Shown: positions 49,444 through 59,288 of the stretch, piece by piece | How the letters are laid out: every line of letters begins with the position of its first letter | How positions within the stretch are numbered: the stretch's first letter is position 1 | Source: Deltaproteobacteria bacterium | GTDB lineage: Bacteria; UBA10199; JACPAL01 | Assembly: GCA_016180845.1 (NCBI GenBank) | Contig: JACPAK010000001.1 | Span: 225,707-289,706, forward strand | Reading direction: 5' to 3' | DNA length: 64,000 bases | Made by a program: the position numbers and the translations under genes | The notes under the pieces: generated by a model | Databases searched by the model: none | What the model saw: the letters and a program-made list of their open reading frames with translations, nothing else | Told to the model about the DNA's origin: nothing

Positions 49444-51972
49444 GTGACTGTTAGAACTCCTTTAGATTCGCATTTTAAGGAGCGATTCCCCGGAGATGAC
49501 TATACATTTCACACCGCTGGTTTAGAACCAAGACTTGATGTCCTACACAGGCAGGATCCTGAATCCTCAACCTTTTTATATCTCTCAACTGCAGCCACAG
49601 TCACCGCATTAACGTACCTCCTCCTCAGAAGAAAAGGGGCAGGCTCGGTCCTGGAAGGTACACGCTATTTTGCGAAGGCGTTTCGACAGGAATGTGGCCT
49701 CAGTCCCTCAATCACAAAAAGTATAGTGCCTGGAACAGAATCGGCCCGCATCGATAAGCTTCTTGATACCCTCCTCGATGAATCACCCAGCTACGATTCG
49801 CTACTTGAGGCAATCAGGGGGGGTTCGACGAGGGAAGAGATTGCAAGCGCTATTCGAAAAAGTGGTGGTGTTCCAGACGAAAAATTCCTTGGGGGCCTCC
49901 TGACAAACTCCGCCAAGCGAAGGGTTATTGAAGAAGCTTCAGGGCGCGAGACGGTTAAAGAGGCTCTAAGACCAATCCTGCTGGAATGGCACAGAACCGC
50001 CTTTTCTGAAATCGCTGACGTCGCGGCCCGGGCTGATCGGCGTGTTGCGAGGCAAGTTTTAAATAGGGCAATGACCTTGGTCGATGGTGAAGGAGATGAA
50101 TTCTGTGACGAGCTTTTAGGACTCCTTTCACCGGGTGAACGAGCAGCCCTCGATGGAGCACAGATCGGACGGGCGATTGAGATGTGGAAGCGAGAAAGCC
50201 GGAGAGAGCTTGTTGGCCAACTGAAACAGGCGCTCCATTACAAGCCGGAAAAAGGGGTGCTCGATGCCCTCTGCCGTCCCCTCAACGCCGCCTACGATTT
50301 TACGGCCCGTCCGATCGATCGAGGGATCGCACGAGGTCTTGAATCGATCGGGCAAGATTTTGCTGATTTGGGCGCGGTCTCCCTCGATCAGCACCCACTC
50401 CTCTGGTTAAAGCGCTTTCGAAGACATCTCTATCTCGCCTCACAGTCGGAGTCAGTTCGCAAGAGGGCCGACAAGCCTTTGGGGCCTTTCTTAAGGAAAA
50501 TCCTCCAGGCTACCGAATTCTTGAGCCAGCGATTTGGTACCGAGGAGTTTCGTCTCGCCCATCGCCCATTCTTCTGGATCGGTCTCGGCCTCTTTAAGTT
50601 GAGTGATGAGGATTCGACCACCCATGAGGTGGGGATGGTCTCAATGATCATCGGCACTAACTACTACGTCCAAAAGCTCGGTATCGGTCAGACCTATGCG
50701 ATGGATATCATCATGATCCAGAAACTGATCCAGACAGGGATCAGCAAGTGGGATGCCGACTCCGATGATCTCCTTGATATCCAGAGGACGGTGGGGGCAT
50801 ATGAAGATGTTGTCTTAAGTCTCTTCATCCAGTCTTACTGGACCTATGGTCTCAATTACGCCGAGCGTTCCCCACTGGGACAGATTATTGGTCATATTCC
50901 ATTTCTTCGTCGCCTTCCCTTCTCCATGAATGGCCAACCGTTCTTTGGTTTCTATCGCGGCGGTCTCGCAAAACCGGATTTTCTGCGAGGGGCCGGAGTT
51001 TGGGGAGGGATCAAGGGGCTTGGTTTTGCCACCTGTATCTCTGCCGTGATGAGTTACGGGATCGGGCTCCTGTTCAAGGACGAGCGACTCTTCAATGCGA
51101 GTGAGGACTACGCCCTCCAGAAGGCGGTCTATTATGGACTCAATGGGGCGTTCACGAATGTCCCCGGTTTCCTGATCAGTGCCTATCTCGAACCACGAAG
51201 CGCCGGCGGGGCGCTTGGGACGACATTTCGCCAGTTTGTTGAAAGGGTATTGGGTATTGGCACAAATTATCTGAGTCTTCAGGTGACGGACATCTTCGCT
51301 GGCAAGGGAGATTACAAGGGGAAAGAAAACCGGCTGCTTGCCGAGGCGGCTCGTGGAAGTCGTGAATCCGCCCGAGAGGCGTGGGATGTTTTTGTTGATC
51401 GCTGCTCTTATGACTTTGGTGGTTTGTGGTATCGATACAATTTCTTCTGGCCTCCTGCACCGGAACCGGGACGAACCCCCGGATTCCATCTCGGCCCGAC
51501 GTATCATACCCTCCAAAGAAAGAGCTGGTACTCGGAAAGTCCCATGGAGTTCTCTGACGAAAAAGAGCACCAAGGCTACTTTGTTGAACTTGCCAAAAAT
51601 CACCCGAAGCGCCTCGCCGCCTTTTTAGCAGAATTTGAACGGCAACTCGGAGCGGAGGATGCCGAATGGAGGACCAGTCGTTGGACCTGGGACCGAGAGA
51701 AGCAACAAAAGTCGATTTACCACTTTTCGCTGATGGTGAAATCGTTTGCCTACCGATCAAAGGACCATGCCGAATACAAACCCTTTGCCGATTTTCTCGC
51801 CAGATCCTCTTTCAAGGATTACTGGGATCAGATCGAACTCTGTGAAACCGATACGAAGCTTGAGAAGGCAATCATCCGGCTCGAAGACCTCAAGAAAATC
51901 CGAACTCCTGCTGATAAAAACCTTGGATTAGTTGAATTGTTCAGTAAACTTGAGCATCCGGAAGCAACCTAG
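49444..51972 (+). CDS. Hypothetical protein (842 aa), unknown family
   Basis: Long ORF with no identifiable domain. A few hydrophobic segments. Confidence 0.45.
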   Translation: MTVRTPLDSHFKERFPGDDYTFHTAGLEPRLDVLHRQDPESSTFLYLSTAATVTALTYLLLRRKGAGSVLEGTRYFAKAFRQECGLSPSITKSIVPGTESARIDKLLDTLLDESPSYDSLLEAIRGGSTREEIASAIRKSGGVPDEKFLGGLLTNSAKRRVIEEASGRETVKEALRPILLEWHRTAFSEIADVAARADRRVARQVLNRAMTLVDGEGDEFCDELLGLLSPGERAALDGAQIGRAIEMWKRESRRELVGQLKQALHYKPEKGVLDALCRPLNAAYDFTARPIDRGIARGLESIGQDFADLGAVSLDQHPLLWLKRFRRHLYLASQSESVRKRADKPLGPFLRKILQATEFLSQRFGTEEFRLAHRPFFWIGLGLFKLSDEDSTTHEVGMVSMIIGTNYYVQKLGIGQTYAMDIIMIQKLIQTGISKWDADSDDLLDIQRTVGAYEDVVLSLFIQSYWTYGLNYAERSPLGQIIGHIPFLRRLPFSMNGQPFFGFYRGGLAKPDFLRGAGVWGGIKGLGFATCISAVMSYGIGLLFKDERLFNASEDYALQKAVYYGLNGAFTNVPGFLISAYLEPRSAGGALGTTFRQFVERVLGIGTNYLSLQVTDIFAGKGDYKGKENRLLAEAARGSRESAREAWDVFVDRCSYDFGGLWYRYNFFWPPAPEPGRTPGFHLGPTYHTLQRKSWYSESPMEFSDEKEHQGYFVELAKNHPKRLAAFLAEFERQLGAEDAEWRTSRWTWDREKQQKSIYHFSLMVKSFAYRSKDHAEYKPFADFLARSSFKDYWDQIELCETDTKLEKAIIRLEDLKKIRTPADKNLGLVELFSKLEHPEAT

Positions 51973-53318
51973 GCCGGTTTTCGATTATTTTTCATCTGTG
52001 GCTTCGAATTCCAGAGAAAGGCCATCAAAACAGCAGCGATCAGGGCTGAGGAGACCCAGAAGATAAATCCACCTTTCCACCCGTAATTGTCTGCAAGCCA
52101 TCCACTCAAGTAACCTGTCATCGTCGCCCCAAGGTAACTCATAAAGCCAGTCAACCCGACTGCAGTTGCCGCCGCCTTTCGGGAGGCGTAATCAATCGCA
52201 GCTAATCCAGGGACAAGCATCTGAGGTCCATAGGTAAAAAACCCAGCCAGCCCGAGTGTCAAGGCATGGAGAACACCGTGCCCCGGCGGGATAAAATAAA
52301 GTGCCGTCGCTGAGGCCGCAACACCGATCAGAAAGATCACTGCCACCGGTGCCCGACGGGCACCAAACAACTTATCTGACATAAATCCGGCGGCGATTCC
52401 GCCCGGTATCCCAAAGAGCTCGAGTGCACTCGCTTTGAGCCCCGCAAATCCGACACTCGATCCTTTTGCCTCAACAAGATACAGAGGGGACCAATCGAGA
52501 AGTCCATAACGAATAATATAGACAAAGAGGCTTGCAAAAGAGAGGAGCCAGATCCTCGGATTTTTTAAAACATAATGCCATGCGGTATGCCAGATCGTCT
52601 CTCCTTCCGCGTAGTCCTTTTCTCCGGGGGAACGTTCTCCATGGTATTCCTCAATTGGGGGGAGTCCGACCGACTCCGGACGGTCGGGAAGACGCTTCAT
52701 GATAAAAAAGGCACCAAGTACGCAGAAAAGGCCCGGCACAACAAATCCATACCGCCAACCCCAATGTTCCACCATAAATCCCCCGGCAAAGAGGATCGCA
52801 AAGGCCCCGACGGAATGACAAGTATTGTAGACACCGTAGTAGGACCCTCGTTCTGAAATGGAATACCAGTTTGACATTGTTTTCGGACCACTCGGAGACC
52901 CCATCGTCTGGACCCACCCATTGAGCGCCCAGAAAAGGGTAAAGAAAAAGACGGTGCTGGAAAAACCGAAGAAGATATTTGCGATCGCCCCGAGGAGGAG
53001 ACCGATTCCCATGAAGTAGCGTGGATTGGAGCGGTCGCAGAGGGGACCGTTAATCAATTTGGAGAAGGCATAGATGATATAGAAGGTCGATGTGATCGCC
53101 CCAAGCTGTGTCTTAGTGTAACCAAGATCCTGTCTCAAGATCGGCATCGCGACCGAGAGATTGCTTCGACAGACGTAGTAGAAGGCATAACCAAAAAAAA
53201 CGGCGTAGAAGGCTCGAATCCGCCAATAACGATAGATTTTTGCGATTTGTTCTGATGTGCCGGAGAGACGCGGAATAGCCGGCGCCAGCTTCATGAAGGA
53301 GAAGGCCTTACGGAGCAT
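51969..53318 (-). CDS. MFS transporter, organophosphate:Pi antiporter family (GlpT/UhpT-like)
   Basis: YRYWRIRAF…GYAFYYVCRSN N-terminal motif like GlpT. 12 TM helices. Start assigned to an internal ATG. Confidence 0.65.
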   Translation of the reverse strand: MLRKAFSFMKLAPAIPRLSGTSEQIAKIYRYWRIRAFYAVFFGYAFYYVCRSNLSVAMPILRQDLGYTKTQLGAITSTFYIIYAFSKLINGPLCDRSNPRYFMGIGLLLGAIANIFFGFSSTVFFFTLFWALNGWVQTMGSPSGPKTMSNWYSISERGSYYGVYNTCHSVGAFAILFAGGFMVEHWGWRYGFVVPGLFCVLGAFFIMKRLPDRPESVGLPPIEEYHGERSPGEKDYAEGETIWHTAWHYVLKNPRIWLLSFASLFVYIIRYGLLDWSPLYLVEAKGSSVGFAGLKASALELFGIPGGIAAGFMSDKLFGARRAPVAVIFLIGVAASATALYFIPPGHGVLHALTLGLAGFFTYGPQMLVPGLAAIDYASRKAAATAVGLTGFMSYLGATMTGYLSGWLADNYGWKGGFIFWVSSALIAAVLMAFLWNSKPQMKNNRKPA

Positions 53319-53411
53319 AGAGCCTTGTACTTTATGGAGTTTTGAGAAGCAACTTTTTTTGTTGGCACACGAATGATGCGGTGTTAGGGGACCCTCAGCT
53401 TTTTTGTCAAC

Positions 53412-55835
53412 TTGGGAGGTGGAGTGGCTGTCAGAGGCCCAGGAGAGACCTATTATCAAACCCCTACCCTTGCTCGGCCTGAATATTTTGGGACCCCTTT
53501 CACAACCGGCGAACTGCTTCGTTGGCCTCCCTCACAGCTCCTCGACGTACCATTAAGTACGCCTGCGTCGCGTTCGGTCGGCCTGCCTCGCATTTCATCC
53601 GGTTTTGAAAGTTATCCTTTTACGCATCCTCAAGAGACTCCACCAGCATTACCAGTAAAAACCCTCTCCGCAGGAGAAACCCTCGGCATCGCCCTCTCAG
53701 TGGGGGCCCTCGCCACGACATTTGTTGCCCCTCGCTACGGAACCCCACTCATGATCGGGGCGATGGTTTTTCAATTCTTCTGGCCGGCGCAGGCGGAGGC
53801 GCAAGAAAGAGAGAAACAGTGGCGACCTGCCTCCTGTGAAAAAGAGAAAACGATCAAGGAAGAACCTTATTGGGTTCATATTGCGATCGGTTCCGTGGTC
53901 GGAGGGATTGCGATCCGCTTTGGGCTTGTCCCACACACAAAGTTTTTCCAGGGACTTTTCAAGGACCGCCAGAGAGTTAAGACGCTTCTTTTTGGAAAGG
54001 AATGGGAAGTCAAGCCGTATCATAACGGTTTTTGGAATAAAAATCCGGCGATGAGGTTTTTGAACTGGCTGGCCCACCACTGGGGCGCTATTGCCCTCCC
54101 GACTGTTGCGATCGAGATCGCCGCCCGAAAGGCGGTTGGGTATGAACATGAACTCTCACCTCTCGGAGGACTCACGCTGATGCTCTTTTGGAATCGGATC
54201 GGGACACAGCACCTCGGTGCCGATAAGTCAGGAAGCCACATGCTTCTGATTATTGATCGTCTCTACGACGTGATGATCCAGCACCAGTCGAGCCAGCCAT
54301 TGAACGATACAAACTGGTGGTATGTGGCGAATCGTTACGGGGCGATCAGTCTCGTCTGTGGCAGTTACCGTGCCCGCCACCTTCGTGACTGGCTCTCGAA
54401 GAGACGGAGTCAAAAATTCCTCAGGTCGGTCTGGGTTGAATCAGGCGAGGGGCGGTCCCCCACACTCGTTTATGAAGGAGGTCTTCACAAGGTCTCTCTC
54501 TGGGGCCACCAAAGACGGGCCAAGGATTATCAGTGGTGGATGAAGACACTCGATTGGGTATCAGAAACTCGGGTTGGAAAGTTCCTCAGAATCAAAGGAG
54601 CCCCCCATCCAAATCTGGAGCGACGGCTCCGGGACAACCAGGCCCGTCTGATTTCTGAAGATGAGAGTCAGCTTGTCAAAAAACTTCTGGCTTCGAGCAA
54701 CCAGAACAACACCGTTTGGGTCGATGAAATGGGTCGTCTTTGTGAGAGAGATACTGGAAGAGTTCTTGGGGATCTCCTTCTCTCGGAACGAAGGGCAAGG
54801 CTCACGAAGCTCATGGGTGGACCCGATTTCGCCTCTCTAAAAGCCTTAGGAAGTGATCTTTCCCCCAAACAGAGGGACATGCTCACAACAATGATGGGCG
54901 GGACTGAATTCTCATCATTATTTACAGAAGGGGTCGGGACAGGGGTTGTCAGGCTTGGTGCGCAAAGATTCCGTCAAGTGAAGATTGGCAGTCAATTCGG
55001 CGGAGGGGGATTCATGCTCTACTGGTTCTTGCAGGAGGTGGCGACAGCACCGGTCGTCATCGGTGCCGCCTGGCTGCTCTGCGGAGAGGATTTGTGGCAG
55101 AATGCGCAATTTTCAATCATCAGGGCCCCTCTGACGATTCCCAGACTCTTCCTCCGTTACCGGTTGGGAGTTGACACCGCACCCGCGATGATTTTTGACC
55201 GTGTCTGGAAATATGCGACAGAACCGTACATCTCGAAGATGTTTCCACTCCTCGCGAGTCAGGGACTTTTCCGAAAGAAATATCACGCTGAGGCGATCTG
55301 TGCCGATTCGCTTGATCAGTTTGCCAATTACCATATCGGCCCCCATGTCGTACATGGCGGTCTTGGGAGTTACAACCGTCATGTCGCTAATCTCGACCAT
55401 CTGGCGGAGACGGTCGCCCCTCTCTTGAAACGGGTCGATTTCTCCGGTCCTTCCCCCTACTCGCCTGTTGGCATCTCGTATCAATTGCTCGCAAAATATT
55501 ATGTGGGCGAACAGGACGGCGATTACACAGGATTAAGCCTGGAGGAGGTGGGCGGGGTCGAACATCATTTGGGAGAACTCATTGAAGAGGCGAAACGACG
55601 ACTTCGAGGTGAGGTGCGCAGGGAGTTATTGACGTACCAAGATAGCACCGTCATCGAGCTCGCGATGGCCTTGTCTGTCGCCGCCTATTATGCCAATTAC
55701 CAGGACCACAAGAGGTTTGAGAGGCTCGTACAGGAACATCAGGACTGGTTCCGGCAGTTTGAGTCGGTTGGAAAGGATCTGGACACGCTTGAAGACTATG
55801 TCGATTCTATCTCTTCCACTCAAGCTTCGCTTTAA
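53412..55835 (+). CDS. Hypothetical protein (about 700-800 aa), unknown family; start uncertain
   Basis: Long ORF with no identifiable domain. Possible true start at the ATG near 53751. Confidence 0.4.
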   Translation: MGGGVAVRGPGETYYQTPTLARPEYFGTPFTTGELLRWPPSQLLDVPLSTPASRSVGLPRISSGFESYPFTHPQETPPALPVKTLSAGETLGIALSVGALATTFVAPRYGTPLMIGAMVFQFFWPAQAEAQEREKQWRPASCEKEKTIKEEPYWVHIAIGSVVGGIAIRFGLVPHTKFFQGLFKDRQRVKTLLFGKEWEVKPYHNGFWNKNPAMRFLNWLAHHWGAIALPTVAIEIAARKAVGYEHELSPLGGLTLMLFWNRIGTQHLGADKSGSHMLLIIDRLYDVMIQHQSSQPLNDTNWWYVANRYGAISLVCGSYRARHLRDWLSKRRSQKFLRSVWVESGEGRSPTLVYEGGLHKVSLWGHQRRAKDYQWWMKTLDWVSETRVGKFLRIKGAPHPNLERRLRDNQARLISEDESQLVKKLLASSNQNNTVWVDEMGRLCERDTGRVLGDLLLSERRARLTKLMGGPDFASLKALGSDLSPKQRDMLTTMMGGTEFSSLFTEGVGTGVVRLGAQRFRQVKIGSQFGGGGFMLYWFLQEVATAPVVIGAAWLLCGEDLWQNAQFSIIRAPLTIPRLFLRYRLGVDTAPAMIFDRVWKYATEPYISKMFPLLASQGLFRKKYHAEAICADSLDQFANYHIGPHVVHGGLGSYNRHVANLDHLAETVAPLLKRVDFSGPSPYSPVGISYQLLAKYYVGEQDGDYTGLSLEEVGGVEHHLGELIEEAKRRLRGEVRRELLTYQDSTVIELAMALSVAAYYANYQDHKRFERLVQEHQDWFRQFESVGKDLDTLEDYVDSISSTQASL

Positions 55836-56838
55836 CAATTTCACCTCCCCACAAAGAACCCCTTGGGGAGGGACCCGAATCGCCGATCTCAAAAATCATC
55901 TAGGAGTCGCCGAGGGAACCATCATCGGCGAGTCGTGGGAGATCTCTGGACACCCAGAACTTCCAAGCCATGTTGGCATGACTTCATTGAACGAGCTGAT
56001 ACGACAAGATCCGATCTCCTTATTAGGGCAAAGGATTGTTGATCGCTTCGGCCCCGAACTTCCGTTTTTGGTCAAACTGCTGGACACCCGAGATTGGCTC
56101 TCGGTCCAGGTCCACCCAAAGGCCGATTATCCCGGTCTGAAACCTGGCGAGCATTCCAAAAATGAGGCGTGGGTTATTCTCGAAACTTCACAAAATCCCC
56201 CCAATCCCCCTTTGTCAAAGGGGGGCAAAGGGGGATTTTCCCCATCGGGTATCTATTTTGGCTTTAAAGAAGGCGTTACTCGAAAAGATGCCCAATCGGC
56301 ATTAGAGGATGGGAGCGACCTGACCCGATTTTTGAATTTTGTTCCCGTTCAGCCAGGCGATGTCTACTTCGTCCAGGCCGGTGTCCCGCATGCGATCGGA
56401 CCTGGACTTTTTCTCTACGAAATTCAAGAGACCTCTTCAACGACCTACCGCTATTTTGATTTCAATCGGAGAGATAAAAATGGGAACCCGCGTCAGCTCC
56501 ACAAAGAAGACGCCGTCGCCGCAACCGACTGGAATCTTCCTTGGGGAGGGAAACTCCTCTCGCAGTTAAAAATTGAGCCTTATGGAAATCGCCTCTTATC
56601 GACCCCGTATTTTGAGGTCTCAAAGATCGAATTGAAAAGGGGGGCGACTGCCACAGGGGATTCTTCGGGAGGATTTCATGGAATCACCGTTCTCAAGGGT
56701 GAGCTGAGAATTAAAACTACCTCTTCCCAAATCCAGATGAACCAGGGGGAATCAGCGATCATCCCAGCCGCTGTGGGGCGCTACAGCATCATTTCGTCAA
56801 CTCCAGAGTCATTTACCCTCCTGGCCAAGATTCCTTAA
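55798..56838 (+). CDS. manA: Mannose-6-phosphate isomerase, class I (cupin), carrying a 51-bp in-frame palindromic insertion
   Basis: Aligns block-wise with B. subtilis ManA: WGG, ESWEISGHP, LSVQVHP, NEAWVILE, PGDVYFVQAGVPHAIG, YRYFDFNRRDKNGNPRQLH. Confidence 0.8.
   Translation: MSILSLPLKLRFNNFTSPQRTPWGGTRIADLKNHLGVAEGTIIGESWEISGHPELPSHVGMTSLNELIRQDPISLLGQRIVDRFGPELPFLVKLLDTRDWLSVQVHPKADYPGLKPGEHSKNEAWVILETSQNPPNPPLSKGGKGGFSPSGIYFGFKEGVTRKDAQSALEDGSDLTRFLNFVPVQPGDVYFVQAGVPHAIGPGLFLYEIQETSSTTYRYFDFNRRDKNGNPRQLHKEDAVAATDWNLPWGGKLLSQLKIEPYGNRLLSTPYFEVSKIELKRGATATGDSSGGFHGITVLKGELRIKTTSSQIQMNQGESAIIPAAVGRYSIISSTPESFTLLAKIP
56191..56240. repeat. A 50-bp nested hairpin (palindrome) inserted in frame into manA
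   Basis: aaaatccccc…ccccctttg-t-caaaggggg…gggggatttt. It encodes NPPNPPLSKGGKGGFSP, which is absent from homologues. Confidence 0.6.
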
Positions 56839-56898
56839 TTTATCTTTGTCTTTTCCCCTATCTGGAGTAAACTACAGCCTTAGTTAGGAGCTTCTTTA

Positions 56899-57954
56899 AT
56901 GAAGATTTTGCGCCACGACGACAAGCTCCCCGAGACCCCCCTAAAAGAGTTTAACGACGCTTATCATTTCCAACTCACCCGAAAGATCGCCGAAGGGGGG
57001 ATGGGAATCGTCTACGAAGCGCGACTCTTCGGCGCGGAGGGGTTCGAGAAACAGGTCGCGATCAAGACAATCCGGGAAGATATCTCCGACTCAAAAAACT
57101 TTGTTGAGCTTTTTATCGGCGAGGCGAAACTCGCGGCACGTCTGGTTCATCAAAACATTGTCCAAATATACCGGCTCGGAAAGATTGAAAACACCTACTA
57201 CGTCGCGATGGAGTACGTGCGGGGAATCGACCTCAGGGACTTCATTATCAAACACTATGAAAAAGGAAAAAAGATCCCGATAGAGGTAGCGACCTTCATC
57301 GCAAGCCGTGTCTGCCGTGGACTTGAATATGCGCATTCCAGAACCGATGATAAGGGGCGTCCTCTGCAGGTCGTTCACTGCGATATCAGTCCAAAAAATC
57401 TGATGATCTCGACAGAGGGAGAGGTCAAGATTACCGACTTTGGAATTTCGAAGGCGAAGGGTCTGATCCGCGGGGATCTCGTCGAAGGGCTGGGGAAGGC
57501 AGCTTACGTCTCCCCGGAACAGATCAAGGGGGATGCGATCGATTGCCGGTCGGATCTTTTTTCATTGGGAACCGTCCTCTTCGAGCTCCTCTCGGGAGAG
57601 CGGGCCTTCCAGGGACGGAATCGCGAAGCGATTCTGGACAAGGTCGTCAATCAACCGATTTTATCGGTCAGGACATTGAATGAAGAGGTCCCCAAAGAGC
57701 TCGAGGCGATCGTCCTCAAGGCACTGAAGATCGATCGAAACCAGCGTTATCAGGAAGCAGCCGACATGGGGTATGATCTGGAATATCACCTATACCACAA
57801 GGGGTATGGACCAACGAACCAAACCTTGAGGAATTACCTCCAGCAGCTCTCTCCGGAACTCTACGCCTCAGACTTCAAGCCCAAGCAGGCGGAGAAACCG
57901 CTCCCTGGAGATCTTTCAATATCGCTCCACTCTCCTGCGTCGCGTTATTCTTAA
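56899..57954 (+). CDS. Hanks-type Ser/Thr protein kinase
   Basis: GxGxxG-like EGGMGIVYEA. VAIK. Divergent catalytic loop HCDISPKN. DFG. Confidence 0.7.
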   Translation: MKILRHDDKLPETPLKEFNDAYHFQLTRKIAEGGMGIVYEARLFGAEGFEKQVAIKTIREDISDSKNFVELFIGEAKLAARLVHQNIVQIYRLGKIENTYYVAMEYVRGIDLRDFIIKHYEKGKKIPIEVATFIASRVCRGLEYAHSRTDDKGRPLQVVHCDISPKNLMISTEGEVKITDFGISKAKGLIRGDLVEGLGKAAYVSPEQIKGDAIDCRSDLFSLGTVLFELLSGERAFQGRNREAILDKVVNQPILSVRTLNEEVPKELEAIVLKALKIDRNQRYQEAADMGYDLEYHLYHKGYGPTNQTLRNYLQQLSPELYASDFKPKQAEKPLPGDLSISLHSPASRYS

Positions 57955-58169
57955 CCCGCTTGGCACTTCGGGCAGACTTTGAAAAAGCTAACCAGCAACA
58001 TCACCCCTGAGAGTCCCACAATTCCATAGACAACCCGAGAGACGGTTGACATCTCGCCGAAGATCATGGCGATCAAGTCAACATCGAAGAGTCCGACCAA
58101 GCCCCAATTTAAGGCCCCGATGGCAGCGATCGCCCCGACGATTTTACAGACCTTGCAGAGTTTTTTCAT
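57951..58169 (-). CDS. DUF378-family small membrane protein
   Basis: IGALNWGLVGLF…VYGIVGLSGV pattern. Confidence 0.55.
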   Translation of the reverse strand: MKKLCKVCKIVGAIAAIGALNWGLVGLFDVDLIAMIFGEMSTVSRVVYGIVGLSGVMLLVSFFKVCPKCQAG

Positions 58170-58269
58170 ACGATGCCCCCCTTTGGATTGAATTTATAGC
58201 GCTATTAAGCCCAAAAGAGAATAAGAATTTTGTCCCTTCCTCTCGAAAAAGTGTTAAAATTCCACTCCT

Positions 58270-59250
58270 ATGTTGACCCCTGTTCATATTCTGATGGTCG
58301 AGGATAACAATGACTTCGTCTATCTCGTAAGAGAGTCTTTTGAAGGAGACAAAGATCAATGGCAGATCGAGGTCGCTCAGAGCCTCTCAGAGGCAACCCA
58401 AAAACTCGAGAAAGAGATGTATGACCTGATTCTCCTCGACCTCTCCCTCCCAGACAGCAAGGGGTTTGATACCTTTTCAGGCATCAAAAAAACGGCACCG
58501 AAAACAGCGATTGTTGTCTTGACCGGTCTTAATGACGAAAACATCGCGCTTCAGACATTGAAAGAAGGGGCACAAGACTACATTATCAAGGGGAACCTCA
58601 ATAACCAGGCCCTGAAAAGGACAGCCCTATTCGCCATTGAACGTCAAAGCATCGTGGAGAAATGGGAAAAGGCATGGGAGGAAAAAAAGACCCTCGCCAT
58701 GCATGACCCCCTGACAGGCCTTCCGAATCGGCTTCTCCTGAAGGATCGACTCCATCAGTCCCTCTCCCTTGCGAAGCGGCAAGGCCAGATTGTTGCCGCC
58801 CTTTTCATCGATCTGGATCGCTTCAAAGAGATCAATGATACGATGGGCCATGAGGTGGGTGATCAGTTTCTGAAAGAAGTTGCCCAAAGGCTTCAAACCT
58901 CGGTCCGACAGGAAGACACGATTGCACGCCTCGGTGGCGACGAGTTTATCGTCCTCCTCTACGGGCCGAAGACACAAACCGATATACAGCATGTGGCAAC
59001 ACGTATTCTTGGTAAAATTGAAGAGCCTTACCGCCTCTATGACAGGAGATACCGACTCACCGCAAGTATCGGTATCGCCTTGTTCCCTGATTCGGCCCAG
59101 GATTCCAAAGAGCTTTTAAGAAATGCCGATTTTGCAATGTATCTGGCCAAAAACGAGGGGGGTAATCGCTACACCTTCTTCTCCGAGTCAGAGACTGATT
59201 TTTCTTTGAGCCACCCTCATCTAAAACTCCTGCAAAAAACACACGTCTAG
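58270..59250 (+). CDS. Response regulator receiver fused to a GGDEF diguanylate cyclase
   Basis: REC domain (DLILLDLSLPD phospho-acceptor region) and a GGDEF motif (RLGGDEFIVLL). Confidence 0.8.
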   Translation: MLTPVHILMVEDNNDFVYLVRESFEGDKDQWQIEVAQSLSEATQKLEKEMYDLILLDLSLPDSKGFDTFSGIKKTAPKTAIVVLTGLNDENIALQTLKEGAQDYIIKGNLNNQALKRTALFAIERQSIVEKWEKAWEEKKTLAMHDPLTGLPNRLLLKDRLHQSLSLAKRQGQIVAALFIDLDRFKEINDTMGHEVGDQFLKEVAQRLQTSVRQEDTIARLGGDEFIVLLYGPKTQTDIQHVATRILGKIEEPYRLYDRRYRLTASIGIALFPDSAQDSKELLRNADFAMYLAKNEGGNRYTFFSESETDFSLSHPHLKLLQKTHV

Positions 59251-59288
59251 CGACCTCTTCTGCACCTTATCTTGCATAGGGGGTTCGT

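Noticed and set aside
53460-53750. Possibility that the region upstream of the 800-aa hypothetical gene encodes an rRNA or ncRNA fragment.
   Set aside because: No conserved rRNA blocks or convincing secondary structure. It is more simply explained as an N-terminal region or 5-prime UTR of the long ORF with an uncertain start.
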